Shown: piece after piece, positions 30,313-41,934 of the stretch
How the letters are laid out: every line of letters starts with the position of its first letter
Position numbering within the stretch: the first letter of the stretch is position 1
Notes under the pieces: generated by a model
Told to the model about the DNA's origin: nothing
Databases searched by the model: none
Seen by the model: the letters and a program-made list of their open reading frames with translations, nothing else
Source: an uncultured Gemmatimonadales bacterium
GTDB taxonomy: Bacteria; Gemmatimonadota; Gemmatimonadetes; Gemmatimonadales; Gemmatimonadaceae
Length of the DNA: 64,000 bases
Direction of reading: 5' to 3'
NCBI GenBank assembly: GCA_963793305.1
Contig: CAWBZV010000003.1
Location: 992,001-1,056,000 of the forward strand
Position numbers and translations under genes: made by a program

Positions 30313-31193
30313 CGGCAAATCGGGCCCGGAGGTTGGCCGCCTCCTCGCCGGGCGAGGCCCCGAAAAATCGCTTGAACTCGCGACCGAACTGCGAGGCGCT
30401 CTCGTAGCCCACGGCCGCCGCCGCCATGCTCGCGTTGTGATCGGACTGCGCCATGAGCAGCCGCGCGCGGTGCAAGCGCACGCTCTTCACATATTGGAGC
30501 GGCGTGGTCGCCGTCACGGCCTTGAAGTTGTGATGAAACGTCGACACGCTCATGCCCGCGAGCCTCGCCATCTCCTCCGTGCTCATCGTGCGCGCATACT
30601 CCGAGTGGATACTCTGCAGCACCCGCGCAATGCGCATGAACTGATCGTTCCGACTCGCCATCGCCCGCAACGCTCCGCCTTGCTCGCCGCGGAGCACGCG
30701 ATAGATGATCTCTCGCACGGTCTGCCGCCCCAGCACGCGACTATCGACCGGCGAGTGGAGACACTCCAGCAGCCGCTCGACCGCGTCGCTGAGCTCGCTC
30801 GTCAGCGGCGTCGCATAGATGCCTCTGGGGACCGCGCCATTCGCATGCACCGGCTCCTCGAGGTCCATCAACATCTCGACGAGCAACGGCGGCTCGACCG
30901 CGATCTTGACCGCCAGCAGCGGCTCGTCGCGACTCGCTTCCCACTCGCACTGCAAAGGCAAGGGAACCGATAGAACGAGATAGTTGTGGGCGTCGTAGCG
31001 GAATTCCTCCTCGCCCAGATGGCCGATCTTCCGACCCTGGCCGATGATGTAGATCATCGGCTGGTAGATAACGGGGCAACGGGCGCTTCCGTATGACGTT
31101 CCGCGACACCATGACACCGGGTACCGACGTCTCATGCACGCCCTCTCGAACCGCGACGCGGTCGAGTAGCTCAGCCAATCGAGTGCGTTTCAT
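30233..31193 (-). CDS. AraC family regulator (YqhC-like, AraC_N domain); apparent one-base insertion at about 31099
   Basis: YQPMI.IIGQGRK, REIIYRVLRG, HTH MSVSTFHHNFK...PLQYVK, VGYESASQFGREFKRFFG; the N-terminus MKRTRLAELL is in the adjacent frame. Confidence 0.9.
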
Positions 31194-31288
31194 ATACGCG
31201 AATACTATCCCGTAGGATTAGGCTATAGTTCCGCAGAAACGCGCTTGGAGCCAACGTCCTCGACCCGTTTCCTTTTTTCGAGAGCGAT

Positions 31289-31654
31289 ATGCAGAAAGGA
31301 TCACCGGAGTATTTCACGGGCGCGGTATGGATCGACCCGCTGTTCGAAGCGATCGAGCCAGGGCGCGCGGTCTCCTCGAGCGTCACGTTCGAGCCCGGCG
31401 CCCGCACCGTATGGCATACGCACCCGCTCGGCCAATCCCTCATCGTAACGAACGGTAAAGGCTGGGCTCAACGCTGGGGCGGTCCAGTGCAGGAAATCCG
31501 CCCCGGTGACGTGATCACGTTCGCTCCTGGCGAGAAACATTGGCACGGAGCGACGGCGACATCAGTGGTGACCCATATCGCCGTTCAAGAGAAGCTCAAC
31601 GGAAAGGTCGTCGATTGGCTGGAGCCGGTCAGCGACGAACAGTATCGGGCCTAA
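31289..31654 (+). CDS. Cupin domain protein
   Basis: [36 protein letters not shown]. Confidence 0.9.
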   Translation: MQKGSPEYFTGAVWIDPLFEAIEPGRAVSSSVTFEPGARTVWHTHPLGQSLIVTNGKGWAQRWGGPVQEIRPGDVITFAPGEKHWHGATATSVVTHIAVQEKLNGKVVDWLEPVSDEQYRA

Positions 31655-31672
31655 TTACCCACTCGAAGAAAC

Positions 31673-33702
<2,030 letters not shown>

Positions 33703-33745
33703 ATACGGCGGAGCCCTTCTATTGGTTAGAAGGGCTCCGCAAGGT

Positions 33746-34304
33746 TTACGCCTTCACGAACTGCACGTCCAAGCTGATCGTCACGTCGTCGCCGACGAGG
33801 AACCCGCCGGTCTCGAGCGTGGCGTTCCACGTCAGGCCGAAGTCTTTGCGATGAATGACCGCGGTAGCGGAAGAGCCGATCTTGATGTTGCCCCACGGAT
33901 CTTTCTGCGCGGCGGTCGGGCCGTCGACCGTGAACGTGACCGACTTCGTGACACCGTGCATCGTGAGATCGCCCGTGACCGCCAGCTCGCCATTGGCGTC
34001 GCGAGCGACCTTCGTCGATACGAACGACAGGGTCGGGAAGTGCTCGACATCGAAGAAATCCGGGCTCTTCAAGTGCGCGTCGCGCTGAGGGTCGCGGGTA
34101 TGGATCGAACGTCGCGTCGATCGTCGCTTCGATCCGCGACTGCGTCACGTCCGTCTCGTTGAGCGTCAGCGCGCCTTGGAGGGCCGTGAACTGCCCTTTG
34201 ACGTTCGAGATCATCATGTGCTTGACCTTGAACTCGGCCACCGAGTGCACGGGGTCGATCGTCCAGGTCGTCGTCGGGGCCTTCGGAGTTACTGTGGTCG
34301 CCAT
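33746..34304 (-). CDS. YceI family protein; apparent one-base insertion at about 34108
   Basis: WTIDPVHS.AEFKVKHMMISNVKG; RDAHLKSPDFFD, GDLTMHGVTK, RKDFGL. Deleting one base restores IDATSIHTRD. Confidence 0.92.
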
Positions 34305-34336
34305 GGTCGGGTGTCTCGGGTGTAGTTGTCTAGACG

Positions 34337-34357
34337 ATAGTCGTTACAACGATTAAT
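34337..34357. promoter_or_regulatory. MarR-type operator upstream of yceI
   Basis: ATAGTCGTTACAACGATTAAT, a near-copy of the palindrome at 34836-34855. Confidence 0.75.
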
Positions 34358-34377
34358 ACGAACAGGGGCAAAAAGGT

Positions 34378-34827
34378 TCACGCCACGCGGCTCCGGGCCA
34401 GCTGCAGCAGTTCCGTCAGCTCCGCGAGACGCTCCCGCCCCAGGTGACCTAGCTGGCGCTTGTGCGCCTCCTGGATGGGCTCGTCGAGCCGGCCGAGCAG
34501 GCGCAGCCCCTCGGGGGTAATGCGCGCCAGGACAGTCCGCCGGTCCGCCGTATCGCGTTCGCGCGCCACCAGGCCCCGCGCGTCGAGCCGGTCCAGCAGG
34601 CGCGTGATGTCGGGGTCGCGCGTGATCATGCGGTTCGCGATCTCGCCGCACGGCAACGGACCTCCGGCGCCCCGGAGAATACGCAGGACGTTGTACTGCG
34701 TCGCGGAGAGATCCGTGTCCTTCAGGATTCCCGCGAGCGACCGCGACAGCAGATCGCTCGTCCTCAGGATCTCCAGGTACGTCGCTTCCTCCAGAGAGGG
34801 TCCGCGGAATCGTTTCGTCGTGGGCAC
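34378..34827 (-). CDS. MarR family transcriptional regulator
   Basis: LSATQYNVLRILRG, PDITRLLDRL..RGLV.R, DRR...ITPEG. Confidence 0.95.
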   Translation of the reverse strand: MPTTKRFRGPSLEEATYLEILRTSDLLSRSLAGILKDTDLSATQYNVLRILRGAGGPLPCGEIANRMITRDPDITRLLDRLDARGLVARERDTADRRTVLARITPEGLRLLGRLDEPIQEAHKRQLGHLGRERLAELTELLQLARSRVA

Positions 34828-34832
34828 ACTTC

Positions 34833-34861
34833 AAGATAGTCGTTGCAACGACTATTGTCAA
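34833..34861 (-). promoter_or_regulatory. marR promoter with a perfect 20-bp palindromic operator in the spacer
   Basis: Minus strand TTGACA-N17-TATCTT, 5 nt before the GTG; palindrome ATAGTCGTTGCAACGACTAT at 34836-34855. Confidence 0.85.
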
Positions 34862-34918
34862 AATGTCCGCGGCCGAAACCAGCGAGTAATGTGGCGTGGC
34901 GCCGGATATCCTGGGCCC

Positions 34919-36796
34919 ATGATTCCAGCCCTTGCCTTGATCGTCACGCTCGTACAGGTCGGCGACACGTCGATCTTCGCGCCGCTCGCACTCCCCGCGC
35001 CCACCGAGTACCGCGCCGCATCCGGCGCGCCGGGCGCGCGCTACTGGCAAAACCGCGCCGACTACGATCTGGCGGCGACGCTCGACACCGCCTCGAAATC
35101 CCTCCTCGGCCGCCTCACGCTGACCTACACCAATCACTCGCCGGACACGCTGCGATATCTCTGGTTCCAACTCGACCAGAACGCGTTCAAGCCCGGCTCG
35201 CTGAGTCGCGACGTCTACGACCTCACAGCGCGATTCGGCGGGCCGACGTTCAACGGCGGCGATCACATCCTGCGATTCGAGCAGATCCGCGGCGCAATGC
35301 ACACCGCGCTGGCCACCCGCGTCGACGGCACACAGCTCAAGGCCGACCTCGCCCAACCCCTCGCGCCGGGCGGCGTCGCCGTCATCGCCATCGCGTGGCA
35401 CCTCCCCGTGCCCGAGAGCGGCGCCGATCGCATGGGTCGCGACGGCCCGCTCTACGAGATCGCGCAATGGTATCCACGCGTCGCCGTCTACGACGACATC
35501 CACGGCTGGAACATCGAGCCCTACATCGGGCAGGGTGAGTTCTATCTGGAGTACGGGAATTTCACGTATGCCGTCACCGTGCCCGCGGGCTACATCGTGT
35601 GTGGCACCGGGACCTTGGCGAACCCACTCGCGGTGCTGAGCGCCGAGGAGCGGTCTCGCTTCAGACAAGCGGCAAACACAGCCGGAACGACTGCCATCAT
35701 CTCAGCCCCCCGGCCAAAGCGCGACGGCACACTCACATGGAGGTTCGTCGCCCACAACGTTCGCGATGTCGTCTGGGCCGCGTCTCCCGACTACCGGTGG
35801 GATGCCACGAGCTGGCGTGGCATCATGGCATACGCTTTCTATCGTCCGAGCGCCGAAGCGACCTGGCGTGAGGCGGCGGATATGGCCAGGCAGACGATCC
35901 AAGAGTATTCGACACGTTGGTTTCCATATCCCTATCCACAAATCACCGTCGTCGAAGGGCCGGTCGGAGGCATGGAGTATCCCATGCTCTCGATGCAGCA
36001 CCAGAACACGGACACGTACGCGCTCTATGGCGTCATCGCGCCGCTCGTCGGCCACAACTGGTTCCCGATGATCGTGGGCTCGAATGAGCGCCTGCACTTC
36101 TGGCAAGACGAAGGGCTCAACACGTTCATGGCGTCGTTCGCCGAAGGCGCCCGCTATCCGGAGAAAGGCGATCAGCTCGCGCGCATTGCGCACGAACGCG
36201 ACCTCGTCACGCGGGCCGAGTCGCTCAGCATCGACACGCCGACCGAGGTGCCTTCGGATCGCGTTCCGACCAAGCGCCTGACGGGCGACGAGTACCTCAA
36301 ACCCTCGGTCGCCCTCCAACTCTTACGTCAGGACATTCTCGGGCCCGCCGCGTTCGACGACGCGTTCCGGACGTATATCAGCCGATGGGCGTTCAAGCAT
36401 CCCACGCCCGCCGATTTCTTCCGGACGATGGAAGACGCCGGCGGTCGCCAACTCGATTGGTTCTGGCGGGAGATGTTCGTCGAGAACGCGCACTTCGATC
36501 AGGCGATCGACAGCGTCGCCGTGGCGAACGACTCCATCACCGTCGTGTACGGCAACCACGCGCGGGGCGTCCTGCCGATCCACGCTCGCTATACGTTCAC
36601 CGACGGGTCGACGGTCGAGTATACCTATCCCGCCGAGGTCTGGATGCACGACGGCCGGCGATACACACGAACCTATGTGTTCGCCGGCAAGCACGTCGCG
36701 CGCATCGAGCTCGATCCAGACCACCGGCTGATCGACATTGACCGGAAGAACAATGTCTGGTCAGCCGGTGGAACACTCAGTTCGACGCAGCCGTAG
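34919..36796 (+). CDS. M1 family aminopeptidase homologue with a degenerate zinc motif
   Basis: YWQNRADY, WYPR.AVYDD, GEFYLEYG, GGMEYP; HEXXH position reads PLVGH, followed by DEGLNTF. Confidence 0.88.
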   Translation: MIPALALIVTLVQVGDTSIFAPLALPAPTEYRAASGAPGARYWQNRADYDLAATLDTASKSLLGRLTLTYTNHSPDTLRYLWFQLDQNAFKPGSLSRDVYDLTARFGGPTFNGGDHILRFEQIRGAMHTALATRVDGTQLKADLAQPLAPGGVAVIAIAWHLPVPESGADRMGRDGPLYEIAQWYPRVAVYDDIHGWNIEPYIGQGEFYLEYGNFTYAVTVPAGYIVCGTGTLANPLAVLSAEERSRFRQAANTAGTTAIISAPRPKRDGTLTWRFVAHNVRDVVWAASPDYRWDATSWRGIMAYAFYRPSAEATWREAADMARQTIQEYSTRWFPYPYPQITVVEGPVGGMEYPMLSMQHQNTDTYALYGVIAPLVGHNWFPMIVGSNERLHFWQDEGLNTFMASFAEGARYPEKGDQLARIAHERDLVTRAESLSIDTPTEVPSDRVPTKRLTGDEYLKPSVALQLLRQDILGPAAFDDAFRTYISRWAFKHPTPADFFRTMEDAGGRQLDWFWREMFVENAHFDQAIDSVAVANDSITVVYGNHARGVLPIHARYTFTDGSTVEYTYPAEVWMHDGRRYTRTYVFAGKHVARIELDPDHRLIDIDRKNNVWSAGGTLSSTQP

Positions 36797-38759
36797 CGGT
36801 GGTCGCGAGGTTGCGGACGGTGCCGGCGAGCAGTCGCACCTTCTTTCCATCCGACGAAGCCGCTGCGTCACCGTCTAGTTGGGTCGCCAACTGGGTGAGC
36901 GCGTCGCGCCTCTGGTCACTGCTCGCGTGCTCGGCGCTCCCCAAGGTCGCGCGTGCCGACGCAATGCGCGACGAGCTCAGACCCTTGGAGCGTTCGAGTT
37001 GATCCAGGTATGCGCCCGCAAGCGCGAAGGTCGTCGGCCAGACGAGCGCCGGCTGACCCTGCGTGTTGAACTCATCGAAGCGCACGGTCTTGGCCGCGGC
37101 GATCTCGTGGGCCGAGAGCAAGGCGCTGGGCTTGAGCTCCAGGATGTCGAGGCCACGGGCGATCTCTGAGCTGATGATTACGCCGTTGTACCAGTAGGCC
37201 GACCAGGAGCCGCCCATCTCCAGGCGCGTGCCGTCGACCGGGCCGCGGTCGAAGTACGCGATCTCCTGCGGGTGCTTGGGGTCCGTCCAGTCGAAGACCG
37301 ACACGCCGCCCTGGTACCAGGCCTGGACCATCACATCGCGACCAGGGATCGGGATGAGCGAGCCGTTGTGCGCGACGCAATTCTCCTGCGAGGTCTGCGG
37401 CGCGGGCAGCTTGTAGTAGCCCTGGAAGATGAGTTTGTGATCGACGATCGTGAAGATCGCATCGGCGCCCCAGTCGCGGGGATCGCTGGCGCGGCACTTG
37501 GGCGCGCTGCCGCCGCCCCACTCGTCGGAGAACAGCAGCTTGGTCCCGTCGTTGTTGAACGTGGCCGAGTGCCAGAACGAGAAGTTCGAGTCGGCCGCCG
37601 CATCGAGGCGGGTCGGGTGCGCGGGATCAGTGATGTCGAGCAGCAGGCCGTGGCCCTGGCACGCGCCGCCGGCGAGTCCGATCTGCGGATACACCGTGAT
37701 GTCGTGGCAGCTGGTGCCGAGGATGCGCGGGCCGCCGAAGCGCTTGTCGATCATCGCCTGCAGGTGCTCGTGCAGCCAGGCGCTGTCGGCCGCGGTCGGG
37801 GCACCAGTGGCTCCGCGGTTCTTGACCGCGCTGTCGAGCATGCTGCTCAGGAAGATGCCCTCCACGACCATCGACTGGCCGCCAACGTTCACCACGAATC
37901 CGCCATGCGCGCGTGCATCGGCGACGGCTTGGACATCCGCCGGCGCTGCGCCATGCGCGGGCGCCTGGTCGAGGCCCTCGAAAATCCGGGGTGAGCTGAC
38001 GATCGCGGCCTGCTCCGGGTGCGCGAGCGGCACCTTGATCACCTCGATCCTGAACTTGGCGCCGTTCGGATCTTGGTCCGGCCCGGCATTGATGCAGCCG
38101 GCGAGCTCGGTCGGGCTGCGGACCGTCGACGAGCCGGAGATATAGATGTAGACGTTGGCCGGATCCTTGGGGTCGACCAGCAGCGTGTGCGTGTGCGAGC
38201 CGCGGCAGGTCTGCACATTCGTGATGATCTTGGGGTGCGTGATGTCGGTGACATCCCAGATCCGAATGCCGCGGATACGCTCGTGGCTGACGGTATCCTT
38301 CACGCCCTCAGTGCCACAATCCAAACGCGCACTCGGCGCCTCGGCCGATTCGAACAGCAGATTCTTGTAGATAGAGACGTCGCTCTGCGACGCTGGGCAG
38401 ACGAATGACGTCTTGTACGCCGGGTGCGACGGATCGGTGATGTCCCAGACCACGAAGCCGTAGTAGCTGCCCTGAATGACGTTGTTGCCGATGAACGCCA
38501 GGTCGGAGTTCGTCTTCCCCTCGAACCCCTGCGGCGACTTGATGGTGGCCATGAGGTGCATGTTCCACTCGGCCTGCCCGGCATCGTAGAGACCAGCCTT
38601 GAGTCCCACGCGAGGATCGGGCATCGGCTCGCCGGGCGACATATCCATGGAAGAGGAGGCCGAGCCCGATGGGGCGACCGCGGTCGTCGACCCGGTCGGA
38701 TGTGCACAAGCGGCCACGGCCATCAGGGCGGCGGCGAGGGAAAGATGCAGTCGAGTCAT
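36777..38759 (-). CDS. LVIVD-repeat lipoprotein
   Basis: Lipobox AVAAC; NSDLAF, CRGSHTHT, CHDITV, FWHSATF, DEWGGG, NCVAHNG, QAWYQGG. Confidence 0.85.
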   Translation of the reverse strand: MTRLHLSLAAALMAVAACAHPTGSTTAVAPSGSASSSMDMSPGEPMPDPRVGLKAGLYDAGQAEWNMHLMATIKSPQGFEGKTNSDLAFIGNNVIQGSYYGFVVWDITDPSHPAYKTSFVCPASQSDVSIYKNLLFESAEAPSARLDCGTEGVKDTVSHERIRGIRIWDVTDITHPKIITNVQTCRGSHTHTLLVDPKDPANVYIYISGSSTVRSPTELAGCINAGPDQDPNGAKFRIEVIKVPLAHPEQAAIVSSPRIFEGLDQAPAHGAAPADVQAVADARAHGGFVVNVGGQSMVVEGIFLSSMLDSAVKNRGATGAPTAADSAWLHEHLQAMIDKRFGGPRILGTSCHDITVYPQIGLAGGACQGHGLLLDITDPAHPTRLDAAADSNFSFWHSATFNNDGTKLLFSDEWGGGSAPKCRASDPRDWGADAIFTIVDHKLIFQGYYKLPAPQTSQENCVAHNGSLIPIPGRDVMVQAWYQGGVSVFDWTDPKHPQEIAYFDRGPVDGTRLEMGGSWSAYWYNGVIISSEIARGLDILELKPSALLSAHEIAAAKTVRFDEFNTQGQPALVWPTTFALAGAYLDQLERSKGLSSSRIASARATLGSAEHASSDQRRDALTQLATQLDGDAAASSDGKKVRLLAGTVRNLATTATAASN

Positions 38760-38824
38760 GCCCACGATTCTATGTACGAAGCGTGTTAAGCACCAGTGAA
38801 AAACGCTTGTCGGATCTGGCAACG

Positions 38825-40216
38825 TTATGGCGCTCTCAAGCGTAATAACACGCCGGCCAACGTCGCGAGCATCAGCCACGCGAACCAATCGCCGAGGCGG
38901 CGATAGAGAGTAACGTCGTGCGCGACTGGTAGCTCGCTGACGAGCGTGCTGAATGGCGCCGCATCGCTCCGGGCCTCGGCGAGGATGCGCCCGCGATCGT
39001 CGCTCACGGTCAAATAGCCTTGCTTCGCGGCGCGCGCGATGGCGAACCCATCTTCGACGCCACGCATGACGGCAATGTGCCCATGGGCCCACCGATCCAA
39101 GTCGAAATCCCAGGCGGGTACGAGCATCACGCCGGCGCCTGCCGCACCGTACTGCCGTGACGGCGCCGTGAAGTCCATGTCCTTGCAGATGGCGACGCCC
39201 CATGGGCCAGTCGGTTCCGAGAGGAACGTGAGGCTTGTGCCCGGCGTGAGCTTCGATTCGAACGGTGGCAGCATGTGCTCTTTGTCGTACGTCCGCACCG
39301 GCGTGCCGGGTGAGTAAATGCGGGCTTGGTTGTACTTCGTGCGCGAAGTGACGCGGATGACCCCCACGACGATCTGTGCCGTGTCCTTGTCCGCCAGTTG
39401 CTGAAACGCCGAGTCCATCGCCACGGTGTCCTGGTCCACGACCACACCGAGCTTTTCCGGGAGCACGATGACATGGGCGCCCTGCGAGACGAGGCGCTGT
39501 GTCGCGCTCGCGTAGTCGCGGAGGAGCCGCGCCGTCTTGGAGCCCTCGTCCACGACGCCCTTGTTCTCCGGCAAGTCCGAAGCAATGAGGCCGACTTTGA
39601 CCCGCGAACCTGAAGTCGCCATCGACAGACGCGCGACGCCGAACGTCAGGGCGACCGCGATGACGCCGAGGCCCGCGAACGCGACCCGAGGTGCGCGGGA
39701 AAGGATCACGAACGCGGCCGAGAACAGCAACAACAGCGCGCTGATGCCCCACGGCCCCGTGAGCGAGGCGACTTGCAGGACCGGCAGGAAGTTGAGCTGC
39801 GAGTACGCCAGGTCGCCCGCGGTCCCGTGCACCAACGTCAGGTTGTTGAGATACTCGATCGACACCCAGGCCGCGGGGAAAGCGATGAGTGCGGCCCGCC
39901 ACGCCTGCCGGTTGTACAGCGCGCGGAAGAGCAGGGTCACGAGCGCGAAGCCCACGGCCTGGATCCCCATGGTCAGCACAAAGACGGTCGTGGGCATGCC
40001 GAGCACGTCGTGGAGATAGTGCCAGATGTTGAAGTAGCCGATGAAGATGCCGAGGAAGGCCACGATCGCCGTGGTCTGCCATGTCGACCGGGTCGCCACG
40101 AGCAACAACGGGAGCGGCGCGAACCACATGAGCGGCCACCACGGATGGAGGCCGGTGCCGAACCAGACCAGGGTCGCCGTGCAGGCGACGGCGAGAAGAT
40201 TACGCGCGTAGGCCAC
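38825..40216 (-). CDS. Membrane-anchored carbon-nitrogen hydrolase (apolipoprotein N-acyltransferase-like)
   Basis: N-terminal TM region; catalytic triad E (LPEK), K (YDKEH), C (AICKD); RGVEDG. Confidence 0.85.
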   Translation of the reverse strand: MAYARNLLAVACTATLVWFGTGLHPWWPLMWFAPLPLLLVATRSTWQTTAIVAFLGIFIGYFNIWHYLHDVLGMPTTVFVLTMGIQAVGFALVTLLFRALYNRQAWRAALIAFPAAWVSIEYLNNLTLVHGTAGDLAYSQLNFLPVLQVASLTGPWGISALLLLFSAAFVILSRAPRVAFAGLGVIAVALTFGVARLSMATSGSRVKVGLIASDLPENKGVVDEGSKTARLLRDYASATQRLVSQGAHVIVLPEKLGVVVDQDTVAMDSAFQQLADKDTAQIVVGVIRVTSRTKYNQARIYSPGTPVRTYDKEHMLPPFESKLTPGTSLTFLSEPTGPWGVAICKDMDFTAPSRQYGAAGAGVMLVPAWDFDLDRWAHGHIAVMRGVEDGFAIARAAKQGYLTVSDDRGRILAEARSDAAPFSTLVSELPVAHDVTLYRRLGDWFAWLMLATLAGVLLRLRAP

Positions 40217-40775
40217 GGAGGTATCTCTTGAAGGAGCGACGATAGAACGCGCGGAAGCGCGCGGCTGACGGGCTCAGACGGCCACCCAGATACAGCATGA
40301 TGAGACCATGCGAGAGCGCGCCCATTTCGAAGGTGATCTCCCATGGGTCGTCCTTCCGCAGCTCGCGGTGCTCCATGCCATCGCGTACGATCTGCTCCAG
40401 GAGGTTCGCCGTCGGTGAGTGGCCTTTCTTGAAATCCCGAGGGAATCGGCGGGCACCGGCTCTCCGCTCCAGGAACATGAGCGCGAAGAGTTGCGGGTTC
40501 TCGAGCGCGTGATCGAGATAGACCTCGGCCATGCGCACGAGGCGCTCTTCTATAGAACCCGAGACCCGGGCTCTCGTGAGGCGCGTCGCCAGCTCTCTAA
40601 AACCCGCATCGGCCAGCTCGTTGAGCAGCGCCGATCGGTCGGCGTAGTGGCGATAAATGGCCATGGGCGTGATGCCGACCGCGCTGGCCACCCGTCGCAT
40701 GGTCACCGCCTCGGCCCCGTCTTTGTCGAGCAGTCGCCGAGCGGCGGTCGCAATGTGCTGTACGGTTGACGGCAT
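40200..40775 (-). CDS. TetR/AcrR family regulator (WHG-like C-terminus)
   Basis: IATAARRLL...VTMRRVASAVGITPMAIYRHY; SHGL. Confidence 0.92.
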   Translation of the reverse strand: MPSTVQHIATAARRLLDKDGAEAVTMRRVASAVGITPMAIYRHYADRSALLNELADAGFRELATRLTRARVSGSIEERLVRMAEVYLDHALENPQLFALMFLERRAGARRFPRDFKKGHSPTANLLEQIVRDGMEHRELRKDDPWEITFEMGALSHGLIMLYLGGRLSPSAARFRAFYRRSFKRYLRGLRA

Positions 40776-40790
40776 GTATACGGCGTATAC
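40776..40790. promoter_or_regulatory. Palindromic TetR operator candidate
   Basis: GTATAC-GGC-GTATAC immediately upstream of the tetR ATG. Confidence 0.65.
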
Positions 40791-40878
40791 TAACCAGTCG
40801 AGTGGCCATCCGACAAGCCGTGACGCGCGGGCAATCTGGCGATAGTCGGCTGGGGTCGCGCGCGCTATATCATGGCGT

Positions 40879-41934
40879 ATGGTCGCCCTACTCATGCTCG
40901 CCGTGGGGACGTTCACGGTCGACTCGTTTCGGTTCGAGAGCGGTGTCACCGTGCCCAACGTCAAGATGGTCTACGCGACGTATGGCCGGCTCAATGTCGC
41001 GCGCTCGAACGCCGTGCTGGCGCCAGCGCATTTCATGGTCGACGAGCACGGATACGATTGGCTCTTGGGTCCCGGACAGGCGCTGGACACGACGCGGTAC
41101 TTCGTGATTACGACCGAGATGTTCGGCAACGGGATTTCGTCGAGTCCGAGCAACACGCCCGAGCCATTTCACGGCCCACGATTTCCCGCCGTCACGATAC
41201 GTGACGACGTTCGGATCGCGCATCAGTTGTTGACCGGGACGCTCGGCGTCACGCATCTCCACGCCATCGTTGGCTTCGCGATGGGTGCCCAGCAGGCGTT
41301 TCAGTGGGCGGTGACCTATCCCGATTTCGCGGATCGCGTTGTCGCGACGGCTGGTACGGCAAAATGCTATCCGCACGGGGTCGTGATGCTCGAAGGTGCC
41401 ATCGCGGCGCTCACGGCCGACGAGGAGTTCAGAGAAGGCGATTATGCGAGCGAGCCGAAACGCGGGATACACGCATTGGGCACCGTGTGGGCCGGCTGGC
41501 TATTCTCGCAGGAATGGTGGCGGCGAGAGCTCTGGCGGTCGGATACGTCGAGAGGTCGGACATTCGACGATGCCCTCGCGAGAGTCGTGAATGCATTCGC
41601 GCCACGCGATGCGAACGATATGATCTCACAGATCCGCACCTGGGAGCACCAGGATATCAGCGAACAGGAGCTGCGAGCAATCCCGTCGCGTGTCTTGTAT
41701 ATGCCAGTGACGACGGATCTGTACTTTCCGATCGGTGATGCGCGATACGAAGCGCAGTTCATCCCGCACGTGACGTTCGTACCGATTCGGTCCTTGTGGG
41801 GACATCCCGCTGGCGCAGCCGCGAGTCCAGCCGATAGCGTGTTTCTGAACCGGACGATCGGGCGGTTTATATTGACCCATGATTCTCGCCCTGTGTCTGC
41901 AGGTCCTCGCGATCGCGCACGCGACGGTCATTGA
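40879..41934 (+). CDS. Homoserine O-acetyltransferase-like alpha/beta hydrolase with Ser-to-Ala at the nucleophile
   Basis: YATYGRLN, FGNGISSSPSN, GFAMGAQQA (expected GFSMG), TDLYFP, WGH.AG. Confidence 0.85.
   Translation: MVALLMLAVGTFTVDSFRFESGVTVPNVKMVYATYGRLNVARSNAVLAPAHFMVDEHGYDWLLGPGQALDTTRYFVITTEMFGNGISSSPSNTPEPFHGPRFPAVTIRDDVRIAHQLLTGTLGVTHLHAIVGFAMGAQQAFQWAVTYPDFADRVVATAGTAKCYPHGVVMLEGAIAALTADEEFREGDYASEPKRGIHALGTVWAGWLFSQEWWRRELWRSDTSRGRTFDDALARVVNAFAPRDANDMISQIRTWEHQDISEQELRAIPSRVLYMPVTTDLYFPIGDARYEAQFIPHVTFVPIRSLWGHPAGAAASPADSVFLNRTIGRFILTHDSRPVSAGPRDRARDGH

Noticed and set aside
36777..40142. 1121-aa ORF as a single protein
   Set aside because: The first 461 codons overlap the CN hydrolase in another frame; the real gene starts at 38759 with a lipoprotein signal and a -10 box.
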